Shown here in pieces: positions 15,901 through 25,016 of a stretch of DNA of 64,000 nucleotides. Made by a program: the position numbers and the translations under genes. The notes below the pieces were generated by a model. It made no database searches and was not told the DNA's origin. It saw only the letters and a list, made by a program, of their open reading frames with translations. The stretch's first letter is position 1. The number at the start of each line of letters is the position of its first letter. The DNA is from Eledone cirrhosa (Eukaryota): the NCBI GenBank assembly GCA_964016885.1, contig OZ024743.1, positions 261,144,001 through 261,208,000 of the forward strand. The letters are read 5' to 3'.

Positions 15901-17042
15901 GGTATGTTATAGGTATATAAGGGGAGGTGAGTGTGGTATGTTATAGGTATATAAGGCAGGCCAGGGTGGTATGTTACAGGTATATAAATGGAGGTCAGGA
16001 TGGTATGTTATATGTATATAAGGCAGGCCTGTTGGTATGTTCTCGGTAATTAAGGCAGGCCAGGGTGTTATGTTACAGGTATATAAGACAGGCCAGATGG
16101 TATGTTACAGGTATATAAGGCAGGTCAGGTTGGTATGTTATAGGTATATAAGGCAGGTCAGGGTGGTATGTTATAGGTATATAAGGCAGGCCGGGGTGGT
16201 ATGTTATAGGTATATAAGGGGAGTCAGGGTGGTATGTTACAGGTATATAAGGCAGGTCAGGTTGGTATATTATAGGTATATAAGGCAGGCCAGATGGTAT
16301 GTTACAGGTAAATAGGGCAGGCCGGAGTGGTATATTACAGGTATATAAGGCAGGCCAGGGTGGTATTGTACAGGTATATAAGGCAGGCCAGGGTGGTATG
16401 TTATAGGTATATAAGGCAGGCCAGGGTGGTATGTTATATGTATATAAGGCAGGCCAGGGTGGTATGTTATATGTATATAAGGCAGGCCGGAGTGGTATAT
16501 TACAGGTATATAAATCAGGCCAGGGTGGTATGTTATATGTATATAAGGCAGGCCGGAGTGGTATATTACAGGTATATAAGGCAGGCCAGGGTGGTATGTT
16601 ATATGTATATAAGGCAGGCCGGAGTGGTATATTACAGGTATGTAAGGCAGGCCCGGGTGGTATGTTATAGGTATATAAGGCAGGCCAGGGTGGTATGTTA
16701 TAGGTATATAAGGCAGGCCAGAGTGGTATGTTATAGGTATATAAGGCAGGCCAGAGTGGTATGTTATAGGTATATAAGGCAGGCCCGGGTGGTATGTTAT
16801 AGGTATATAAGGCAGGCCAGAGTGGTATGTTATAGGTATATAAGGCAGGCCCGGGTGGTATGTTATAGGTATATAAGGCAGGCCAGAGTGGTATGTTATA
16901 GGTATATAAGGCAGGCCAGAGTGGTATGTTATAGGTATATAAGGCAGGCCCGGGTGGTATGTTATAGGTATATAAGGCAGGCCAGAGTGGTATGTTATAG
17001 GTATATAAGGCAGGCCAGGGTGGTATGTTATAGGTATATAAG
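933..17042. repeat. Tandem satellite, consensus GTGGTATGTTAYAGGTATATAAGGCAGGCCAGG (33 bp; 32- and 34-bp variants), roughly 490 units
   Basis: Unit spacing read directly (e.g. AAGGCAGGCC at 1441 and 1474). Copy number is length divided by ~33. Diagnostic variants recur in blocks. Confidence 0.98.
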
Positions 17043-17043
17043 A

Positions 17044-17200
17044 TGGCCAATTGGCAGAATTGCTAGAACAGCAGATATAAAATGTCTTGATATTTTTTCC
17101 AGCTAACTCTACTGTGAGTTCACACCCCACTGCTTACGGCTTTACCATTCATTCTTTCGAGATGAATAAACAAAAAAAAATCCCTGTCCAGTACTGGGAA
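17044..17200 (+). mobile_element. Decayed SINE (octopus OK-SINE-like)
   Basis: TGGCAGAATTGCTAG...GAGTTCACACCCCACTG...TTTACCATTCATTCTTTCG...CCAGTACTGGG resembles copies at ~45080, ~48150 and (on -) ~41900 and ~55750. Confidence 0.5.
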
Positions 17201-17203
17201 CAC

Positions 17204-17264
17204 TTCTCTCTCTCTTATATATATGTGTGTGTGTGTGTGTGTGTGCGCGTGTGTGTGTGTGTGC
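17204..17264. repeat. Compound (CT)n(TA)n(TG)n microsatellite
   Basis: Seen directly. Confidence 0.9.
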
Positions 17265-18364
17265 TTGTGCACAGTGTGGCTGAGCATTCTGCTGACATGT
17301 CTATCCATAAGAAATCAGCTGAGTTCCATCTTGAAAAGGATTTGTTTCTGCCTGATTTAAATACCCAATACGTGTGTTAGGATGATACCCTTGCGAGCCC
17401 ATCAGGAGTTAAGAATCTTTTATTTATAGGTATGTAATCACTATAAAAGACCAACAAAAATTTTGAAATCTTGCATATATTTTATAATTCAAAGGTTTTA
17501 ATTGTGTATTGTTGTATGGTGATTGTAATGCTGCAGGTGAGGTTTTCTGCGACCCACAGGGCCACCGTATATTGTCTAAATGCCCTTATGGCCAATGCAC
17601 CTCTGCTCAATCCGTTGTCAAGCGTATTATCATAAAATCTTTTTAAAGCAATGTTGTGAAAATATATAAATTTATGCATCAAAATAATTTTTTTTTTTAA
17701 TTATGAAACGTACAATTTCCTCGCCTGCCATTGTGGTAGGAGTCACAATTAAAAAAAAATCCGCTGCCTGATTGTGGTTCTAAGAATTACCCGATAAAAA
17801 AAAAATCCGCTGCCTGATTGTAGTATCGATCAAAGTGAATGAAACATGCAAACGATTGCATTTACTTTCAGATTCCATTATAAGGACTTCAGTTTTTGTG
17901 TTGTAAGGGAGATAACTACCACGAAAATTTGCTACTTTAATTTGCTACATAAATATGAAAACCCGCAAATAAAATTTTGATTTCTCACTTTAATATTATT
18001 TGTTGCCCTTCCTCCAAGTCTGCTTTTTAAAGATGGATATGTTCGATTCGAGAGAGATTTGGCCACCATTTTTAGAAAATCGGATGGCCATAATGAGCCT
18101 CTCTCATCAGCTCGTCTACACATATCTGCCCATGGTGATTTTCAAAATCTGGTGCTAAAAGATTGTTACCAATTTATATTGTATTTCAGGCATAGCTAAG
18201 GTCCAGAAATTCGTTTTCCAAATCATGTAGTTTTGGGTTCTGTCCCACTGTGCGACACTTCGGCAAGTGTCTATTATAACCTTGCATACCTCATGCCTTG
18301 TGAGTGGAATTCCGTAGAAGGACACTACAGAAGACCGTTAAAATACACGCGCACACATACACAT

Positions 18365-18366
<2 letters not shown>

Positions 18367-18409
<43 letters not shown>
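18367..18409. repeat. (TA)n microsatellite, left flank of the PLE pair
   Basis: Seen directly. Confidence 0.95.
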
Positions 18410-18413
<4 letters not shown>

Positions 18414-20226
18414 GTGAAAAATGGAACGGGAACAAAACAGAGAGGCAGTACAAACAAAGGTTTATTAGTTTCACGCTCTTGAGAGTGGGGGGGGGGGGGT
18501 TCAGGCATAAGCCCTTCTTCAGGAGAAAAGTGGGTAGGAAGAGAGTTCCGAGGGTGTGTGGGGGAGTGGTGGAGAGACATTTAGAAAAGGGGGGAAGGGA
18601 GGAGAAACGGTGGAAGGGGTACAAATAAAAATAAACATGAAGATAAACAAGTGGTGGAAGGATGTGGGGCGTGTAGGGGTGGTGGCGGGTTGAGTGGGGA
18701 GAGGGAGGCGGGGTGTCCGAGCGGGGAGGGCTGAAGGTGGTGTTTGTGTATGTGTGTAGGTGTACGTGTGTGTGTGTGTATGTGAATCTGAGAGTTGGAG
18801 GAAGAACGAGGTTCCATGTTCAGGAAAGGTGTGTGTGTGGGGTGGGGTGTAGGTCGGTGTGTTTGTGCGTGTGGATGGGGAAGGGGTGGTGGGTCAGAGG
18901 GGTGGGGGAGGGGAGGATTCCGGAGGCTGAGTGTGTATATATGTGGGAGTACGCACGTGTGTGTTGGTGTTTATACGTTTTGTGGATGTAGGTGGCGTGG
19001 TTCGAAAAAAAATTGTGAGTGTATGTCCGTGGGTAAGTTCCGTAGAGTGTGACGAGGTGCCGGATATTTTCCATGTTATGGAGTGGATAGTGGAAACGAT
19101 AGTCAATGGTGTGTAATCCGTTGGTTGTGGTAGTCGGAAGAGGGGAGATGTGGGGTGCGCGCGCAACAGGAAGTGGTCAGAGGGTCAAGGCAGGAGAAGG
19201 CATAGCAGCAGTAGAGGAGAATGGCAGGTGGAGAAAGTCAGTGTGTCAGTGTGTGCGGAGATGCAGTGGACAGGGTAGAGGATGGGTAGGTGTGAAAGGT
19301 GGAGTGGGGAGGGGGTCAAGTGGGGGGATGGGATGTGTATTAGTAGAGGTGTTAGTGGGATGTGTGTTTGTGAAGGGGTATTGTTAGTTGTAGAGTGGGC
19401 TAAGGGGGTGGGCGGTGAAAAGGAGGAGTGTGTTAGTGGTGTTAGTGGGGGATATGTGTGTGTGGGGGGGGCTGTCGAAGGCTAAAGGAATAGGGGTGGG
19501 GAGTTCAGGCCGGGGGGAGTGTGGGTCTGTAGGGTTAAGATGATGCGTTGTTCGACTCTGAGGCGGGTGGCGGGTGTTCCGTGGCATTGGAGTAGGCCAC
19601 AGACTGTGAGGTGGTGCGCGGAATGTCCAGGGAGCCAAAGTGGCGGGCGATGGGGGAACTCCCGCCCAGACGAATATCCCGGAGCTGTTCGGTGAAACGG
19701 TCCGCCAGGCGACGTCCAGTCTGTCCGACTTAAGTTGCGCTGCAGTCCGTGCAGCGAAGTCTATAGACTAGGTTGGAGGAGGTGCAGCGGAAGGCGTGCC
19801 GAACAGAGAGAGAGTGGCCGTTGGGACCCTGGAAGGTGGTGGTGTTGGTGATGTGGGGGCAAGTGTTGCAACGAGGCCTGGAACAGGGAAGGGAACCGGG
19901 GGGGATAGGAAGGGGCGGACGAGGAGGTTGCGTGCGCGTTTGAAGGAGGGGAGTGGTGGGGAAGATGTGGGAGGTGGAGGGGTCGGACTGGAGGCGGAGG
20001 AAGAGGCGGAGGATGGTGCGTGGAGGGGTGGTAGGTGATGGGAAGGGGAGACGGTGTGTGGGTGTGTGGTGGCGTGGGGTGAGGGTGGTGGAGCGGTGGA
20101 CAGTGGGGGCGGTGTGGACGAGGGAGGGGGGTAACCTCTGCGGATGAAATGGCTGACTAGGGAAAAGGTTCTAGGACTCAAAGTCAGTATCTCGGCTGCA
20201 GAGGCGGCGGATCCTGAGGAGTTGGG
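18410..20226 (-). mobile_element. 5'-truncated Penelope-like element, Neptune-type (RT thumb, Cys linker, GIY-YIG, 3' UTR)
   Basis: Manual minus-strand translation across frameshifts gives QLLRIRRLCSRDTDFES, SHFIRRGYP, SFKRARNL, PCSRPRCNTCPHI, FRCTSSNLVYRLRCTDCSAT*VGQTGRRLADRFTEQLRDIR and EQRIILTLQTHTPPGLN. The 3' end has AATAAA and abuts (TA)n. Confidence 0.85.
19482..20226 (-). pseudogene. C-terminal part of PLE RT/GIY-YIG endonuclease ORF (frameshifts; TAA in the YIG motif)
   Basis: Motifs above; terminal GLNSPPLFL* with the stop at 19482-19484. Missed by the ORF track because it is broken. Confidence 0.8.
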
Positions 20227-20990
20227 AGTTTACTTTTCTGCACTGGGTTGTTGCTGGCCTTGTGCCCGGGGTAGAAACCTTTATTATTTATTTCGTGGTA
20301 GTTTCTTTAGTATTTTGGCCCCATTTGTTGACCCGTCACCGTATGATTTACGTACTTATACCTCTTAAAAGGGTCCTTTCCTATTCCGCCCCACCTAGTT
20401 TATTTACTTATTCCGTTATTTCTTTCTTTCTTTCTTTATTTATTTATTTATTTATTTATCTAGCCTAACAATAGCTAGAGACTTAGGTCGTAGAACTTGC
20501 TTATATTCTTTTTTCTTTACACTTATTCGCTTTTCATCACTCTCAGTATTTTTTCTTTCATATATATATTTTCACCCCTCATTGTTCTACCTACCGTTTC
20601 GACTTCCTCCCCCTCCCCCTCCCCAGTATCTTCTTTGACCTCATGCCCAGCTGTAGCCGGCACTACCAACGCATGATTGGGTCTACTCCACCCCCTCCCC
20701 TTTTTCTCCTACTGGCAGGTTTAGCCACCATCTCCCCTACTAATTTGCCATCACAGAATTACTACTAACTTTTGACAATCACTTTGACCATATATGGAAT
20801 TACCCTTTGAGAAGCTCGGCTATTTAAATACCAGGATAAATTTTCATTTAGTCCAGAATTAGCCGTCGAAACGGCTTGAGCTCAGCCGTCGGGGTCTTAC
20901 TGGTTCCTATTACCCACTCTACTACCCTAAGTATTGAGTACTTTGGTGCGTTATGGTCCACCTGGTTCCTTACCACATTTCCTTCGTTAT
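20227..20990 (+). repeat. 5' pseudo-LTR of the Naiad-type PLE
   Basis: Matches 23791-24554 at constant offset 3564; about 6 substitutions seen by eye. Confidence 0.95.
20796..20907 (+). ncRNA. Type I hammerhead ribozyme, U3-A8 core variant (copy 1)
   Basis: ACCCT-TTGAGAA-G..CGGCTA...TAGCCG.C-GAAA-CGGCT(tgagctc)AGCCG-TC-GGGGT: three stems, GUC site after 20890. Confidence 0.7.
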
Positions 20991-21080
20991 CTAGCTCCTA
21001 CTCCCGTAGTAGAGCACTTTCCGACCCTACCACGCCGTATCCAGACTTTTCCGCTAAGCTCAATTTCTTTCACCCGCACC

Positions 21081-23241
21081 ATGCGAAAACGCAACATCGA
21101 CTTCTCTACCAAGAACATCCCAATCCCACCGAAACAACTTTACCTTCGGATGCTCACGCAAAAAATCGATCTATTTGCGAAAAGACTTAGATGGAGAACT
21201 TTTTTCTATGACAGATATTGCGACAACCAGGACTTCGGCACCAAGGAGAGATTCGGATTTATTACCTACAAATCCCCCCCCCCCCCCGAACCCTTTGCTC
21301 TCACCCTTCGAGAATGACCTATTCCAACTGGTCAAGAACATTAAATTCAAACCCAGACACAACCGATTCCTACAAAAACTCCGTAGCAACTTAACAGAGT
21401 ATGATAACACCAATGACATCATGGTGCATTCGGATAAAACTGGGAACCTATACTTTGTCAACCCTGACAGATACCACACACTGATCAGGAGCAGCCTAAA
21501 CTCCACCTATAAAAAGGCCAACCACTCATGCATCGAGGACATAAATCGAGATGGACAACAAATTACCTCCAGGCTCGGGGTCGCCGACCGCACGGAATCC
21601 CTAGACCCACGGACACCATACTTCACACTGAAGGACCATAAATCCGATTTTGACCGTAAACCTTCTATCAGGCTTATTAACCCAACGAAGTCCGACATAG
21701 GGAGAATCAGCAAAAAAATCCTAGACTGCGTGATACCAAAAGTCAAGCAACACGCCCGACTTAGCCTATGGATCAACACCCAGGAAGTAATCTCATGGTT
21801 CAGTAATATGGAGGATAAACGAGACACTAAATTCATACAGTTCGACATAGAGAGCTACTATGCTTCAATCACCTTACCGCTACTTACTGCTGCCTTGGAC
21901 TTCGCCGAAACACTTGTGCCCATCACCGACCAGGAAAGAAAAATCATCCTCCACGCCAGGAAGACAGTCTTACTCTTTGACAACTCTAAATGGATAAAAA
22001 GAGCTCCCGACTCACCCTTCGACGTCAGCATGGGCGCCACGGATTCGGTGGAGGTCACAGATCTTATAGGATTATTCCTAATAGCCAAACTCACCGATGT
22101 GTTTCCTGCATTCGGTGGTGGATTGTACCGTGATGATGGGCTCCTTACCCTTAAAGGGTACAACCCCAGTAGTACAGATCGGGTCCGGAAACAATTAATC
22201 AGCTTCTTCCGCGACTGGGGATTTTAAATAACCCTACAAACGTCCCTGACCCGAGTAAACTTCCTGGACGTGACCCTCGACCTCGAAAACGACCTGTACT
22301 ACCCATACAGGAAACCTAATGACAACCTGCACTACATCCACCGCCGATCAAACCATCCTAGGAACATCACCAACAACCTGGTCAAAAACATCTCCCTCCG
22401 CATATCCCGTTTGTCAGCTAATGAGCGGATATTCGATGAACATGCGCCTTATTACAATCAGGTCCTCAAGCGGAGTGGTTTCCGGGAGGAAATATCCTAC
22501 TGTCCAGCTCCCATTAGCGGAACCAACAGGAGACACCGCCGCTCACGCAATGTAACATGGTTCAATCCTCCCCACAACGCAGAGGTGACAACTCCCATCG
22601 GGAAAATATTCTTTAGGCTCATTGAAAAACACTTCCCACTACAACACCGCTACCACAACATAATTAACAAAAATACCATCAAACTCTCTTACAGCACTAC
22701 ACCAAACTTCGCACAAAACATCGTCTCCTCTAACAACAAAAAACTCAACCCCGATGGAAGAAATAACCTAAATAGCAGTGGAGAGCCGACCAGGAGGTGC
22801 AACTGTCCGGATAGATCCATTTGCCCACTCGACAATAGATGCAGAGACCGTAATGTGATCTACCAGTGCAACGTGAGGACGGACATCTCCAACAAAACTT
22901 ATATAGGACTAACCGCATGTGACTTCAAGACCCGGCTATACCAACATAGACATACCTTCCGAAACCCGGCCCGGCGTCACGCCACTGCACTTTCGGGCCA
23001 CATATGGGACCTCAAGGACAACAACATCACCTATGATCTCACTTGGAGATTACTGTCCAGAGCCAACTCTTACACTGGAGGACGCAGTCCGTGCAATTTA
23101 TGCTCGGAGGAAACTTTACAAATGTTGTTTTCGACGGACCAACTCCTAAACAAGAAAGATGAACTGGTTACTGCATGTAAACATAGATTGCGTAGGACTT
23201 ACCTCGCCCTCAAACCCCATAATGACCCGAGGGGGGGGTAG
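21081..23241 (+). pseudogene. Naiad PLE polyprotein (RT + GIY-YIG) with one frameshift and one nonsense codon
   Basis: ATG at 21081; +1 shift in the C14 run 21274-21287; FDIESYY, YRDDGL, NFLDVT; TAA at 22225-22227 where Lys is expected; VIYQC...YIGLT...KTRLYQH; CNLC..E. Confidence 0.9.
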
Positions 23242-23790
23242 ACTAGGGCTATAACACCCCCCCTGCCGATTTTGCAATGGGTAACCCCTGCTTGCCAAGG
23301 GAGACGTAAGATCTTCTCTTTATTCTTTTATCGCTTCCTTTATTTCCTTCTTCCCCCATCCCTCCTTAGTCCTTCTACCCCAGTTCTTCTTCTTTGTCGG
23401 CGTCTTTTTCTCGCCCACCCGAGGCTGCCCTTTGGCCCCTTGTAGCCTCAGTACCCCCACCCCTCCCCTAGTTTATGATAGATTTGGCGGACTCCGCTTT
23501 TTATAGCAGTTGTGTTAGACCTCGGATACTTGCCCCCTTTTCCGACCGCTCCCCCTTTTTTCCGTGCCTTCTATATTTCTTAGTGGCACTTATGCCTTAA
23601 TTTCTCGTTTCAGTATTTCTTTCTTCTCTTTTCTTTTGGGCGGGGTGGATTCTGAATTATTTTTCCGTATTCTACCTTTACTTCGTACGAACTTTCATGT
23701 AGCTTGTATAAGAACTTTTGTAGCGTGGCGGTACTTTTAGAGTTAGCATTAGTATATTTTTTTCGGGATTCAGAATTATTATCTCGTACT

Positions 23791-24550
23791 AGTTTACTTT
23801 TCTGCACTGGGTGGTTGCTGGCCTTGTGCCCAGGGTAGAAACCTTTATTATTTATTTCGTGGTAGTTTCTTTAGTATTTTGGCCCCATTTGTTGACCCGT
23901 CACCGTATGATTTACGTACTTATACCTCTTAAAAGGGTCCTTTCCTATTCCGCCCCACCTAGTTTATTTACTTATTCCGTTATTTCTTTCTTTCTTTCTT
24001 TATTTATTTATTTATTTATTTATCTAGCCTAACAATAGCTAGAGACTTAGGTCGTAGAACTTGCTTATATTCTTTTTTCTTTACACTTATTCGCTTTTCA
24101 TCACTCTCAGTATTTTTTCTTTCATATATATATTTTCACCCCTCATTGTTCTACCTACCGTTTCGACTTCCTCCCCCTCCCCCTCCCCAGTATCTTCTTT
24201 GACCTCATGCCCAGCTGTAGCCGGCACTACCAACGCATGATTGGGTCTACTCCACCCCCTCCCCTTTTTCTCCTACTGGCAGGTTTAGCCACCATCTCCC
24301 CTACTAATTTGCCATCACAGAATTACTACTAACTTTTGATAATCACTTTGACCATATATGGAATTACCCCTTGAGAAGTTCGGCTATTTAAATACCAGGA
24401 TAAATTTTCATTTAGTCCAGAATTAGCCGTCGAAACGGCTTGAGCTCAGCCGTCGGGGTCTTACTGGTTCCTATTACCCACTCTACTACCCTAAGTATTG
24501 AGTACTTTGGTGCGTTATTGTCCACCTGGTTCCTTACCACATTTCCTTCG

Positions 24551-24554
<4 letters not shown>
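23791..24554 (+). repeat. 3' pseudo-LTR of the Naiad-type PLE
   Basis: Direct repeat of 20227-20990. Confidence 0.95.
24360..24471 (+). ncRNA. Type I hammerhead ribozyme, U3-A8 core variant (copy 2)
   Basis: ACCCC-TTGAGAA (24371-24377), GAAA at 24432-24435, GUC cleavage after 24454; stem I is perfect ACCCC/GGGGT. Confidence 0.7.

Positions 24555-24607
<53 letters not shown>
24552..24607. repeat. (TA)n microsatellite, right flank of the PLE pair
   Basis: Seen directly. Confidence 0.95.
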
Positions 24608-24613
<6 letters not shown>

Positions 24614-25016
24614 TTTTTGCAAAATTCTTGATGTGAAATCATGTGTTGAAACATAGTTATATTCAGAAATGGTCATATTACCAATAAAACACACGCACTA
24701 GTTGATTTTCACTTCAGTTTTATTATTAGTTCGTTATCTTACTTAATTGTCTTATCTATCTCTTGGATGGACACACGCGTGAAACTTGCTGGGTAAGTTC
24801 TGCTTAAATTTCTATAGAAATTCTTGACTGTGAACCTTCATTTTTATACCAATTTGTAGAGGGACTGCCAGGTCAAATTTTGATCTCGTCAGTCTCTCAA
24901 AATATTCTACGCCTTTAGGCGAAATAGTTCATAAAAAGTTTTTGGGAAAAACTAACGTTTTTTAAAAAAATGGCTGAAGCTTCTTCACCAACATTCGAAG
25001 GAGGAAAGGGGAAGAT

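Larger units (their letters stand above)
20227..24554 (+). mobile_element. Penelope-like element, Naiad-type, near full length (pLTR-ORF-pLTR)
   Basis: 764-bp direct repeats, RT + GIY-YIG ORF, N-terminal STKNIPIP...KRLRWR, DKT motif, CxCx5CPL linker; the 3' end runs into (TA)n. Confidence 0.92.

Noticed and set aside
933-17042. CRISPR-like array
   Set aside because: Contiguous units with no unique spacers, no cas genes, eukaryotic context.
1421-17130. Dozens of ORFs with VVCYRYIRQAR / PYIPITYHPGL repeats
   Set aside because: The 33-bp unit is stop-free in some frames; frequent 32/34-bp units break frame; no start or splice context.
17751-17821. 25-bp direct repeat AAAAAAAAATCCGCTGCCTGATTGT
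   Set aside because: Real but only two copies, with no supporting context.
17270-18252. CACAGTG...CACTGTG ends suggesting a Transib/RSS-like element
   Set aside because: Similarity beyond the heptamer is weak, there is no 5-bp TSD and no nonamer at 12/23 spacing. The right end may still be a lone transposon terminus.
19384-20181. Proline-rich minus-strand ORFs as a novel protein
   Set aside because: They are mostly off-frame readings of the C-rich, frameshifted Neptune PLE ORF.
22225-22227. Selenocysteine read-through, as reported for some Naiad PLEs
   Set aside because: The stop is TAA at a Lys-type position, not TGA at a Cys position; the Cys motifs are normally encoded and no convincing SECIS was seen.
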